A model generated the notes under the pieces. It saw only the letters and a program-made list of their open reading frames with translations. It ran no database searches and was not told where the DNA came from. From Iphione sp. A-MEVVRFRX5 (taxonomy: Eukaryota), in the NCBI GenBank assembly GCA_976226885.1, contig OZ320313.1, positions 52,638,001-52,702,000 on the forward strand: a stretch of DNA of 64,000 nucleotides. The letters are read 5' to 3'. Below are positions 50,985-64,000 of the stretch, piece after piece. Positions within the stretch are counted from its first letter, which is position 1, and the number at the start of each line of letters is the position of its first letter. A program made the position numbers and the translations under genes.

Positions 50985-52799
50985 ACCCAATCGGTATCAA
51001 TAATTGATATATACTGTGCACTGTAACGGCCATGCAGTACTGGTGTGCATAAATGAGTTCTGTTCAATTAAACACCAACTGAAAGCAGCAACTGAAGAGC
51101 GTGGGCGATCATATCTAAATTGACATTTTTGTAGCAATATGTAGCTCATTAAACTCCGCAAAATAGCAAATATTTTGACACATACATATCTTGTACATAA
51201 CTGAAATGGCAATCCGGAGAATATTGTAAGGGGAACAAATTTTTGGATGGTCTCAGGATATCATTGGCGAAGGGATGTTTTAGAGTGATTTTGTTGAGCC
51301 TGGCACACGATTGTTCTGGAGCTCGGGCCTTGTAATTCGACAGAGGCAAAATGAAACGAGGTGTACGCATTGTTTTAAAAGAATCAGTTGGCTTCGGTCG
51401 GGCAACGGTTCTGTGACTTGTAAAGGGACGGTAGGGACAGCGAATGGAGCCTGGTCTGCAGTGGAACAGTTCACATCAATGTTAGCATCAGACAAGATTT
51501 TCAATTAAGGCAAACTACGAGATCCTTCCTTGTGGATCTATGGCAACTGTATCGGATATAGGGGAAAGAAGCTGGATCTTTTTGCCTTTCCACTTATCAG
51601 TGACATGGTTGCTTATCTACAAACTCTAGCACTATTGTGTTTCACCCGAAAGATGGAGGGACTGCAGATAATGAGGCACAGCGACAGATGCAAGTAAAAT
51701 CTTTGACTGTAAATGTCTGTTGATCAACAAAGATAAACACGACTGATCTTTTAACATTTATTTTATTCACTGCTATACCTCCCTTCATGTGTATCGTCTA
51801 CCTGACCTCCTTCATACCATCATCATATACACGTACGTGCGTTGGTTCTTCGGTGCCTATTCCCTGTGTTTCTCTTGCTTTTTTTCATCATTTATATTCA
51901 AAGACACATACGGATGGACCTTGAGGCGTTGAAGGTTCTTGGCAGGGCTCTCAGTCTTTTATTTATATCCTCATTGGTGAATGGCATGCCAGGGACATAG
52001 AGAGGAATCCATTGTTCAATCGCAGCATGTGCGGCTTTGGACTAAAAACACCCAGCCAATAACCCTTTTGAAGTCTAGAAACACAGAGAGAAATGAGCGA
52101 AAAAAGGGCCTTTGCGCGATGCCTGAGGGGATGGGCGAGCAGCAGAAAGTGGAGGAAAAGAAGTGGGTTATTAATTGGCTGCGGCTGGTGTAAACGCGCG
52201 TGGTATGGGGAGGATAAAACGGCGATAGAGGCCAGTGAGCCTAGAAGGGTCCAGCTGGTCCACCTGGGCTTTTCTCAAGGCTATCCCTCAACGCCCAGTG
52301 GCTGTCCGCACGGAACCCATCCGTAGCCACATGAAACGACTGGAGTAGGACCCTGGACGAACAGGCAACCGCAAGCTTTGGACGTTTATGAGTTCATGCT
52401 GCCACAGATGACCGTAGGTTGTCACACAAGCCCCGGGACAGGGAGCAATGATTATGCTATTTATCATTTGGTTTTGTTCATGTATTTACTTCTCTTTTTA
52501 AACATCTGGCTTGTAAAAAGAACCATAGGGCGTTTGCCCTACCGTATCGTTCCAGAATCTCTTACCGGAAGACCAGTTGAATCCTCATTCTACCTAACGT
52601 CATACTTACTCATGTCCTAAGGTCCTCTGAGCGGAAACAATAGTTGCTCTGGCCGATGCAGGATGGAGGAAAATTAACAGCGCCCGTGATTCCTAAACGA
52701 TTCAAATTGCTCTCGTTCCTCCCTTCATCTTCAAAGACCATATTCATCTCACCTGCAAAGATCAAAGCGTTCACCGATGTGATGTCGTCGGCGTCCACG

Positions 52800-52813
52800 G
52801 TCACCATGGTAAC
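52800..52813. promoter_or_regulatory. RFX X-box-like palindrome
   Basis: GTCACCATGGTAAC. A similar GTCACCATGGCGAC lies at 3859-3872. Confidence 0.3.
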
Positions 52814-54445
52814 CCGACACGCCACCTGGTGAAGAGGTCGGCTGGTCATGTGGTATCAGCTGCTTCTGTGATTACAGTCAGGTGTGGCGGAGTCACATTC
52901 CTCCAGACGTTTAGGTATCTCCCTCCCCGAGGATAAGGCTGACAGGGCGACCAGTAGGCCCCAGTCCTGTTTGCGATGAACGTTTGGGGAGTACATGTGG
53001 GAAGAGTAGCGTCTGCTTTTCTCAACAGAGTTGTTGCGAATAGCTCACAGATGTTCGGGTGAAGCAACCACCAGGGGTCAAAACATTCGTGCATGTAAAT
53101 ATGAAATTAAAGAAGGGAAACATGTTCCCAGAACTAGTCAGCAAGAAGTTAGTGAATAATCTAATAACAACAATAAAATCAGATCAGATTAGAATTTTAT
53201 TATCAAACTACTATTCTAAGCAGAGTAGTCTTCACAGATATAAACTTCATCACCTCTGTATGGACAGTTGGTATAATAGATGAAGAACGGCATTTTACCA
53301 AATGTGATAGAATTAATAATAATAATAATAATAGAATTGCAGTTGCTATCTGTCATTGATAGTTCATTTTAAAGCATTGAGTCCACTCAAAGGTTTTGGG
53401 CATATATATGCTGTATAATATTGTCAACTGAAAGGCTGGACCATGTCTTGCTTGCTGGACCTTTCTCTCAACTGAATGTATCCATTACATCAATAATATT
53501 ATAAATAACTCTATCCTTCTATAAACCGTAATATATGTAACAATATATCTGAAATGCAGACTGGCGATATCACGAATCAGACGTTTCTGATATTATATAT
53601 AAATGATGGAAAATGCTTTGTTTTGATTTGTTGTTGGTTCTTTTTTCGTAGGGTCTTGGTGACTGTTGTATTAAATAATAGACAATGGTCAGTATGTAGC
53701 AGTATGATAGATTTACACTTAGCAATCATTTGCACTTTTAGTTAATGAGAGCTTTAGCTGAAGGGGCGGTTTCGATACCTGCATATGTCTCCATGCATTT
53801 TCAGTCCATTTTGGTCTGTTTTTATGCACATATTGATTTCAATGAAGGGTGTCATGCACATCTCTTTGCTTTAAGGTGCTTTCGGGTCTGCTTGAGGTCC
53901 GTTGCTTATTTGTGAGCACTGACTGACAATTTAATGCACACGGACACCAACGGACCAGTAAGATAGAGAATACATGTATATCCATCGTAACAGGCAGATT
54001 TCCTCATACTTCCTCATTTTTCCTGCACATTTATGCACAAATACCTCCTTTTTCATAATTTTTGAATAATTTTTGCTGATGTTCACAGCTTTAGCATCAT
54101 TTTCATCCTTTTTCATCATTTTCCCGATCATTTTCACAGATTTTCATGGCTTTAAGCATTATCATCAAATTTCATCGTTTTAATCATGATTAACACACGC
54201 AAACACACTGTTTGCAATGCACCTGAAAAGCGCTACTCTCTATGAGGCTGTATGAAGGAAAAATGCATGTAAAACGAATATTTATGCATGTAGATGGCAA
54301 ACGCAGATGAATGCGCCTCAACACACATAGGGAAACTGGCCCTAAAGAGAAAATATACTTAAGTTCTAACGACTGCAGTTTCACCTTAAATCATCGCTGT
54401 CTGTCCTTTCATATTTAAACTTAATTTCCTCTTTTTTCATAGGCA

Positions 54446-55362
54446 CCAAAAAGTATCCTTAAGTATTTAGTGGAAAGGACTTTATCTACCATTTACACTG
54501 ATTACAATTTCCACGGCTATAGCATTGGATAATAATTGATAAAGATGGGAATAATGTAGCATTTTAATGCAGAAGTGTCTGCAAACAACCAGGCATGGCC
54601 ACGGATGGGGGTCAAGCCTTGGCAGATGCTTTTAACAACATCAGTCAGACCAATTTACATGGTGGGGCTGCAGAGGCACAATGGCAGAATCTCGTGGATG
54701 AGTACTTTCTCTATGAGGAAGAGGTGAAGGAGGGCCTGGTGGATGAGGGGGATGTTGAGGAGGTAGAAGAACAATTGGAGGAAGAGGAAGAACCCTTAGG
54801 AGACATCTATGATTCACTGGTAGTCACTGATCCTACTGAGGAGATCCTGAGAGACTAGTGGGTGCACTGTGAAAACTTCAGGTGAGTTCTTTTAATCTGC
54901 CACAACAGTGACACGCAGTTGCTCCTAACAATTGAAGAACAAACATATTAGAGAATTGTCTCTATAGTTGCAAATCCCCTTTCAGATTCTGAATTCATGT
55001 TAGAATAGGTTTTTATCATTGCATTTGTATTTAGGGCCATTTTAGAATTTTCTAAACTATGAGAAACTGACCATGTGAACATATCCTGTAGGAGTTTGTG
55101 CAAAATTAATAGGTTTTGACTGTTGTATTTAGGGCCATTGTAAATTTTTTTAAACTGGGAAACTGACCACGTGAACATATCCTGCAGGTGCTTTTGTAAA
55201 CACTAAATTACGACAACTGCAGCAAACAGTTCATGGCAACCGAGTTGGCAGACGGCAAGAATTTTTCCAGCTGTCTTCAGGTACTTATTGCTTCCCAAAA
55301 AGTATCCTTAAGTATGTAGTGGAAAGGACTTTATCTACCATTTACACTGATTACAATTTCCA
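54446..55362. repeat. 68-bp direct repeats (54446-54513 and 55295-55362, one mismatch) enclosing a two-copy about 100-bp tandem repeat (about 55024-55200)
   Basis: CCAAAAAGTATCCTTAAGTAT[T/G]TAGTGGAAAGGACTTTATCTACCATTTACACTGATTACAATTTCCA occurs twice. TGTATTTAGGGCCATT...GAAACTGACCA[T/C]GTGAACATATCCTG occurs twice. Confidence 0.85.
54595..54881 (+). pseudogene. Exon-like coding fragment with an in-frame stop, possibly from a DNA transposon
   Basis: Protein-like MATDGGQALADAFNNISQTNLHGGAAEAQWQNLVDEYF plus an acidic stretch. Acceptor TTTAATGCAG upstream and strong donor CAG|GTGAGT at 54882. A TAG (54856-54858) interrupts the frame 8 codons before the donor. Confidence 0.4.
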
Positions 55363-58300
55363 AGGAACGGCCTATATATGAACATATACATTAGATAAAA
55401 AATACCTTGGGCCTCGCTATCACGTAACATAAATGCAGCCAGATAAAGCCCCAGTTCCAAGGGTCATGTGGCACCATGCCTAACCCTGCAGGTGTATGTG
55501 ATGGTAGGGGTGGGCGAAGGATAGGTTGGCGATGAAGAGAAAGGAGGTTGCCCACGCCCATACCCACACGACTAGAGAGAAGCCTGACGCCCAACTCCTC
55601 CGGGCGCGACCTCGAAACGACGCCATTCTCACGCGTAGCTTCCATCTAGGGAGACGATTGTCACTCAGCAATATTGGTCATGACAATGGCTCCATTGGTT
55701 GTGCTTTGATTGGCTTTGTTTGTGGGAGGAGGATAGCGGCCCGCTGCCAGAAAGAGTGTGGGCCAGATACACCATCCGCCACCGGCCCACTCCACCTGCT
55801 TTCAGGCTTGCCCCCCAAGCCCTCTCTCGCCCTGTCTCTCTCCTCAAACTAAATCCCAGCCTCCTCCTTCACCCAGGTTGCATCGCAGCTCTTACAGCAA
55901 TTAGCCTCAGAAGGGCTCTTCCTACTGTAAGAATATGCGCGATAGGCTATGAACAAGAGGTCACAGCCCATCAAGTACCCTCTTTTTCGGTATGTATTCT
56001 CCGTAAGAAGCAGCACGCCTAGGTTGCTTTGCATTCGGGGAAGGAAGCGGTGCCTGAGAACGGCAGGTCAAAAAGTTAGCCTTGCTAAGGAAGAATGTCA
56101 GGTGCGCCGAGATAACGATATCACGTGACAATGGAAGTGAGCACTGCGAAACTTGTCTGTCTGCGTCGTCGGGGTGGTGGGGGTGGGGGGGGCGTGGTTG
56201 AGAAGATGCAGCCGGCGGCCAATGAAACACGTCTATCTCTAATGGAGAGGACGGTAAAGGAGCACTGTGGGAACAGCTTCCGAGAGGATTACAGCAATAG
56301 ATCAGAGCAATAGATGCGGCAAGATAAGTTAAGCAAGGCGAAGCTATGTGGGAAATCAACAGCAAATAACAAAACATATCCAGCAAATTAAACCGTACAA
56401 TTGAAGGCGTCCAGTGCGAGTAAAGCGATATAAAGTTCTGAAGCTTTTAACTGGATAGAAGCTGAAAGATCAACTCGGAAAGCTATGCCAAAAGGACGAT
56501 GGCGGTAACGCAGCAGGGGGCCCACGGAGAATGAGAATTCGGAAAGGGCTGTAGACAAAGCGGATAATTGTGTTTGAAAGCCCCTACGCAATATTTCAAA
56601 TAGAATAAAATTCATCTCGAGGCAATGTTGACCCAGGCGAATCGATCCTATCAAAGACATCGGTGGCGCCGTACGCAAGTGTACAACTAGTGGTCGCTTC
56701 CCGAACTATCCCCCTGTTCCTCGGTCAAATTGATTGCAAGCCGGAAGAATCCAATGGCCGCATAATTCCTCCGACCTCCAGACTGCTAAAAAAAGGCTTA
56801 AACTTAATAGAGGTCCGATTCCGGTGAGGCTTGGTCTACAGGAATGAACTTTACTACTGTGGATATTCACTGGGCGTCTTGAAACAACTATTCCATCTAC
56901 CGACGATTGATTAGTGGTCATAGCGGAGGGTAGATAGGGAAAATATTACACATTCCATTCGAATTAATTTGAATTAATCATAATCGGTATCAGTGTAAAT
57001 TGGCGGTTTTTGGCGCCAAAGCGTAAACATTTTTTTCTGTGCCTGTTACCAATGCATGTGTTCAAGGCATGCCCTCCTAAATGGATAAACTGTCCCCGTT
57101 CCAATGTGACAGTTTCGGTTGGGAAGCCCTGCACAATTGGGCCGTTTTCTTATGCTACTTCATTAGAAAGCATAAGAAATGGAGACTCGGGAGAAAAAGG
57201 ACTTATTCATACATTGGGGACATTTATGGAAATAACCGCGTGCTGGGGGAAATCATCAAACGAGGCCAAACTTGATGTTGCTTTGGAGGCCGTCGATGCA
57301 TGATCTGGCCGTATTATTACATCACGCCATGTTCTTGTTGGAGCGTTGCAAACGATTCCAAATTCTGATGGAATTCTGTTAAAAAGATTATTTTTATCAC
57401 GAAAGGGGACAATTGGGTTCTCTTTATTCTATTAATGTTTCTTGCAGTGATTCCATCCTAAGCCACTAGTTGTGTACCTCCCGGTTCCACATTTTTCCAC
57501 CCCTCGGTTATTCGGATTTTATTTTCTTGCATTGTCCCTGCTTCCCTCATATATGCTAGTTACACAGATAGCTGGCGTCTGCATTATTATGTATCTTTGA
57601 CATTCTGTTATGGTGTTTTCTATCGACAGCTGTGTCGTTATAGATACAGTGTAGGCGCGGAACAGAAAGTGATTTTCTCGAGTTGTTCGAAGTTCGTCTT
57701 TGTTAAAACATTATGCCACTGCTTCTGTATCTTTCTTGTGCCGGAAGACGCTCGGTTCATACAGGCATTCACACAAAGGCATGCGGGCACGCGCACGCAC
57801 GTTGAAAAACGAGTGGTGACATCCTATTCCCTTCTACGCGTGACATTGCACGGCTCATTGCCTGCATGTCGCAACATTAACTTCTCCCGCCTATCCCATG
57901 AAAGAGTCCATCCACGAGGAAACTATTGGGGAATGGGGATGGGGGCTCAGATGCTTCGTTGGTAGGGGGGATAGAAGCGAGAGTGGAGCCATGGTAGGAG
58001 CCACCGAGCGCCATTAGAGGTAGCTCAGAATCCAGGAGAGGAACTTCTGCCGTAAGGAACTGCCAACATTCCCCCAGAAACGTAATGTTAGACGACTCTT
58101 TGCTAGACAGAACAACTACGATATGAGGCATGGTGAGCACTCTTACCCGTATGTTTCTCATGCTTTCTGTTCAACGTATGTGTTCTTGCACGACTCCCTC
58201 TAAACTCATATGTTTACAGCATAAACAAAATTAAGCTGTTTTCCCCTATTAATAAGTTTAATACACATTTAGAAGAGAATCCCTACGTTAGGTTGTTTTC

Positions 58301-59234
58301 TAGTCATCAATGCAAAATACAGTTACATTCACAGGATAAGCCAGAAAAATAGCGAACCTTGAATGAAATAGAGCGAGGAAGCCGACGGCGTGCTCTATTG
58401 ATGAGCGGTGACCTGCCATTGGGGACCAACACATCATCGTGTGACTGCCGATGGCAGAGGTGTTAGATCTAAACAGATGAGCACCCACCAAGGACACCAG
58501 CCTGGCCCCTGATTCTACACGTCGCGACAGTTCTTACGGGGTCACCGTTTTATGGGGAGGTAAATTCAATAATTCATGTAAGGCTAGCCTTAGGATCAAT
58601 TAGCAACTAAATAATGAATGGCCATAACCCTTCACTACAGGATCTCTGCAGGGATTTTAGCGGGTTGGCAAGCGGCGTGAGTCATCGATACCGCAAGCGC
58701 CCCAGCTTATTGATAAGAAAGCAGGGATGTTCGGCTAAGGAAGAACCCAGCCAGTACTCTTCGTATCCCGTGTGTTTCTCTCATGTGCCGGCCTACATTA
58801 ACATTCACCCATACCACGCCGGGTTTCGGTACCGATCCGATAACTAGAACTCAGCACTACCTCATGTGTACATTATCACTTCTAAACATATGGAAACCTA
58901 GTTATCCCCTGATAAGCAGGATGCATGTTGATGAAGGAGACTCCAAAGGGAAGCACTGCTCTTCTTACGTAGTACTTATGGCTAGATTATGCGTTGCGTT
59001 AATCTTACGTCGCCTGGGGCGGTATTATTTGTCACTCAATAGATGCAGGCATAATGGAGCAGCAACCAGTTGACGCTGGGAAGACCTCTGGATACTAACA
59101 CGGAGTCAGTGAGGGCGTCACAGGGCGGCCGGTTCAAGACGCGATCAATCATCCGCAAAGCAGATGACAATTGCTCGCGTCTCCTTCCACATCGCCCCCT
59201 AGACTACCAGTCTCACGTACGCCTGCCTACCGGC

Positions 59235-59431
59235 GGCGCGAAAATCCCTCGCCACACACGGCGCGAAGACCTCGAGTGGCCCGATTGGCAAACGGTTTTC
59301 AATTCATTAGCCCGGGTCCTACCATGCGACATGCTACGTAATCGAACGAGCTTTAATATGCATCCCTTGAGCTGCTCGCGAAGGCATCCTGCGAGGGATT
59401 GGCCCCGTTGGCTAATTCGTACCACTTCCGG
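59235..59431. promoter_or_regulatory. Promoter-like motif cluster (E2F, CCAAT, ETS)
   Basis: GGCGCGAAA at 59235, GGCGCGAAG at 59260, ATTGG at 59284 and 59398, ACTTCCGG at 59424, in CpG-rich sequence. No linked exon identified. Confidence 0.35.
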
Positions 59432-62400
59432 CGGTCGGTTCCTAGAAGGGAAATGCGTCGATTAATTCTATGTGGTCGGGTAATTTTGTTCTAGTGATTA
59501 ACGTGCCGATGTTTTAGAACCTCCTTTCCTGTTTATCTTTCATCTCATTTTCATAGAGTGTGGATCGTTTTCGAGGCAATTGCACAAGAAACAAAGGTCT
59601 TAACCTTTACATGAAGGTCTAATGGTTGAATCTTTATAAATAGTCATTCAGTCTATTGCTAAAAGACCTGAACTTAACTAAACGCATAGAGCATACTTAA
59701 AGTTCCTTTCAACTGTTCAGTGTTGCACAAATTCGTTTTTGATGTACAGTTTGAAAAGTATTCGCTAGTTTACATCATTATCCTTGTTTTATTCATGTTT
59801 GTCGCCGAAAGCATTAGTTGAAATCATTTAACTAATGTGAAACTCTCTTCGTACATAGAGTATAGCCTAGGACAGCTCCAGTGAAATGTCGTTAGACTGA
59901 CGATAAATGCAGGACGCATATAATACTAGATGAAAAGGTGAGAAACGTTTAAATATTCTTTCAGTAAGAGCATGCATACATGTACATACATGTATGTATA
60001 TCGTACGAAAATTGAAAACTGGCCCAAACTGAATTATCAGCATAGTTAGGAAAGGGTCTAATTTAGAACTAGGGTAAGGGTGAGGTTAAAATTCTTTAAA
60101 CATCATAAAGGAACGTTTTACATTTTAATTCACAGGTTTAAGTCCGAGGGAAGTCCATGGGACAGTCTGGGAAGGAATGATGCCTAGAGAAAGAGTGTCC
60201 TAGAGCCAGAAGTATCACACACTGACTTAGTAAAAATTCCCAAAGCACTTTTAAAAATAGGGAGCAGCTTCTTGTAAATGCGCCATACAACATATACATA
60301 ACAGTACACACCTGAACATGTTGAGCTTGTTATTAAGCCTCATAGCTCCACCTCATGGTGGGAACCGGCCCTTGCTGTCAACAGGTTCCTGAGTGCATTC
60401 GAAATTTAAGTAGGAAGGCCATTTATTCCCCATGTCAGCTTTGTTTTTCACGAGATAATTTTTTTTCAATGGTCAAAAAAAGACACCCTTAGCCGACTGC
60501 TCGGGACCTCTTGGCTGCAAACGTTACCCGGAACGCAAACAGGCCACAAGGAGAGTTGAAGAGGAACAAGACAAAACACTTATGATTATCCATGGTTGCC
60601 TAAAGGTAAGACAGCTTAAGTAAAGTCCCTCTCTCATGCGGCAGCAGGCTGGATGTGATGGTCTTTAGAGGAAGCATGAGACATCCTTCGTGGGAGGCAA
60701 ACAAAATGCATCTTTTGTCACGGCCAAGGCGGTTGCCTCCAGGCATAACCAAAGGACCACGGCTGGCCGTTGAAGACGCTGTTTGCAATGGCCGGGGAAC
60801 TAACTCGGGCCGGCTAATGCATAATGATGCGTGCAAGCACGTGCGTGTGCGTCAGAAAGCATGCATGTATGGATGTGAGGGGTGTGCTGTGTCTGTGGTA
60901 GTGTGAGGACGTGACTGCAGGGTGAAACGGGGAGGGAATGGGGTTGTGTCAATGCCAGGATGCCTTCACTTCAACAGTTGTTCGCTCGGCTGGGAACGAG
61001 GCAGCTGGAGCATGGCGCAACATACGAGAATCTCGTTAATTAAGACAGGCGTAAGAGTAGCAAGTAAAACGAGGCGCTCTCTGTATACGAATAGAAAACT
61101 TCCTTGGCCAATATGGCCGGTGGCGGCATGCGACGATACAAAGCATTCGTCATGAAATCCGTCTCTCTCGCCACAGAAATTCATTTTAAGATTGATATAT
61201 GGCATTCGGTAAACGCCCCTCACAGCTATCTATCCCAGGTGTATGCTTTGGTTGATAATGCCACCCATGCACCGCCGGCCTTGCCCATCCACCGACTTGC
61301 CCATAACCTGGCTGGCCTGCTTACCGCCTGTAACATGTGTAATAGCCATGTTTACTGCCGGGTGCTGACGCGGCAAACACGGACTCTTTTAGATCCCTCC
61401 CGAAATGACCTCATCCGCCCCAGCAGGACCAGGCTGTCCCAAGCCCAACGTCAATCTTACTTCCGGCACATCCACACCACCTTTAGACCGCGCGAAAGAT
61501 CTGCCGACGTAACGATTAGGCCGCCTGCCTAGTGAAGTGAGTTCTTTTTCCTGTCTGTGTAAGCAGCGACTGTTCTGAATCAACGCAACTGCTGGGCCGA
61601 TTTGCAAGATGCAGTCCCACTGGTGACCGCTGTTACCCTCAAATTCAAAACAATTGTGCACAATGACTTGCATCTATAAATACAACCGCATGCTCTAAGA
61701 ATACCCAACAGGAATGACGCAACCTCATAAATGTCTATATAAGTATGTACAGGTGAATTAAACAGCCATTACTTGGACGCCAAGTTATGTAAGCGCAGCC
61801 TATAACTGTTTGTGGACTCTCCTTCCTTTGAACCATCCTTCAAGGAAATTTTCTCTTTTTCACGGTGAGAAAAAACCGTTAGTAAGAAGGCTTTTTTCCT
61901 CTCTACTTTCCGTTCATTCTTACTCATGCTCATGTTTACTTCCCTCTACCACTGGGTCCCATCTTCAACACATCCCTTATCTCAACTTCTGGCGTGCCCC
62001 TATCGGCACTGTATATATACCTGTCTTCTGTGCGGCCCATTACCTGTCGGACGCGGCTGGCAGCCGGCCCCCGGCGCCGTTAATGATGCTCGCTTAATGA
62101 GGCGAGCCCCTCGCGGTCTCAGTCCACTGCCGGTAGCTCCCTGGGGCCCAGCAGCATCCCGCTCCATGATCGACCCACCTCGGACCGCTCCGCCCGCTCC
62201 CAACAAACCTAAAATCCGACCGACAGCCGTAACCCGCTCACCTCTTCAGTGGGCGCCGGTGAGACAGCGGTGCGCAGATTTGGCCCATGTCTACCGCCGT
62301 TGGGGCCCGCTTTGCCTCCCTGTCTCACTCCTCCGGGCGTCACACGGGCAGCACAGCACCTCTCAAGTATTATACCCTGTGGCTAATGGAGGCCAAATGC

Positions 62401-64000
62401 TGCCTGCCAACCGCTATTTCAAAGTTGAAACTGAGGTGTACAAATCAAGTGCTAGCTCCTCACGATAGCTAATCTTATCTCGATCCGCTGCTGGTATACA
62501 TGGTACTGCCTAGGCTCAGTAAACATTGCTAGGTCGTTTGAGCCCGAACACTTCTATTCGCAAAAACGTCTTTCGGCCCAGTTGAAAAAAAATCCAATAC
62601 CGCCCTTTATCATCTAGGATGTTTATGGTTGCATGTGCCGATATACATGTGCGTTCATGAAAATGTGCTATGTTTGTGAGAAAAAGAAGTCGTAGTAAAG
62701 CATACAAACTGAAGGCGGTGGTGTTGCTCTTTTCCCTTTTGCATGAACTGGTCCCCTTGTAGCCATTGCGATTCTTGTTGGAGGTGCTCTCGGGGAGTCG
62801 AATAAGAACATTTAAAATCCAATACATGTACATGTTTTTTTTCGTACTGGTTGACCTGTTTCCACACGGAAATTTCACGGTCATCATACGAAAACAGCTG
62901 GTGGCATAACCGTAAAGACCTCCCTCGGCCGGCTGGGAGAAACTCACTACAATCTCTTCAACAGCTCGGCGTCTGCTAGCGACGAACTCGCTTCTTTACA
63001 TCCTCAGTCGACAATGGCACTCACATCAGGAGTTACTAAGTAGAAGCCCTTTCCTACCGTGAGAGCTAAATCTGCACTTATAAATAGCTTAAACTTTGAG
63101 TCCGTGGCACTTGCTATTCAAAATGAAGCTTACTTGTTATCGTGCACGTTTTTGTGGAAGGTTAACGTCTAAATACCTAAGTAGAATCGGTTCTCTGTTA
63201 AACTAAGCTTTATTAGGCAAAAGTATGTATATGGACGAAATAACGACCCAAGGCTTCCGCTCTCATTCCTCTCAGTACACGAACATATCGTGTATCGGTT
63301 CTCCTCAGTGAATAAATAGAGCGTTTGTATATCGCCTATGGCAAGAGAGGCTGTGAAACCATCCTGAAAACATCCTTATCGATTTCAAAACAACAAATCG
63401 CATTAAAAGCTATTATCCTACTCTAAATCGCCCGAGACGGCCAGTTGATAGATTAATGCAAAAATAAAGTAGATCTAATCTATGAAACTGCAGTCAACTA
63501 TGTCCTTCTTCTGTAAAATTTCTAAACAAACGGCTCCAAGTCGGTCAATAAAAGAGACACCGCTTGTCTATCTGGCCGGAGCGGTTATAAACACAGACCT
63601 GCATCAGGCAGCCTTATATCCCCAATCGCCCATCACCACTCGCCTTGAATGCCACCTCCATCCAGAAAGTTCCACCTTTTAGTCAGCACCTGGTTTAGCT
63701 AATCGGCCAGCGTTTGACATGTCAGGATTACCAGATAACCTGACGTGCTACTTGTTTTGGCTGACACTGTTCACGTGCTCAGCTCGTTTTAGTTGCCTCA
63801 AGCACTTCTGCTGATTTAAGTGCATGCAGCTAAAAGTCTAAAGGAGCTTTTCAATGAGACCAAAGTTAACTACAGCGATCCTTTGATATTCAACACCTCA
63901 ATGTCCACATCGTACATACTTATTTGGCCAGTTTTTACCCAAAACAGGTTGGAATTGATGCCCCCAAGTTTCGATGTGCTTTGATAAGCTTTGGTATGCC

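Noticed and set aside
52610-52849. Minus-strand ORF with a GCAG|GTGAGA donor as a host exon
   Set aside because: No recognisable domain and no partner exons. The central sequence is equally explained as an X-box palindrome.

Overview
Eukaryotic (animal) genomic DNA with two assembly gaps and no host protein-coding gene I can support. The frequent TACATGTA octamer and moderate GC are consistent with a marine invertebrate such as a lancelet, but that is inference. The main feature is a complete, apparently very recent 10.5 kb Ty3/Gypsy LTR retrotransposon at 12165-22688. It has 619-bp LTRs that look identical by eye, a CTAT target-site duplication, a tRNA-Leu PBS, a PPT, gag, a -1 frameshift signal and PR-RT-RH-IN pol. 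Between pol and the 3' LTR it carries about 4.8 kb of extra sequence that is not env. That block holds (i) a three-exon antisense gene with its own TATA box and poly(A) signal, encoding a 271-aa protein the ORF track misses, (ii) a sense gene encoding a 463-aa protein with two C2H2 zinc fingers and an acidic tail, and (iii) between them an array of the palindromic motif GTGG(TG/CA)CCAC, which also occurs four times in each LTR U3. My working hypothesis is a 'complex' retrotransposon with a self-encoded transcriptional circuit. The rest of the window is non-coding, with a tRNA-derived SINE, microsatellites, a degenerate coding cassette near 54.6 kb and some promoter-like motif clusters.
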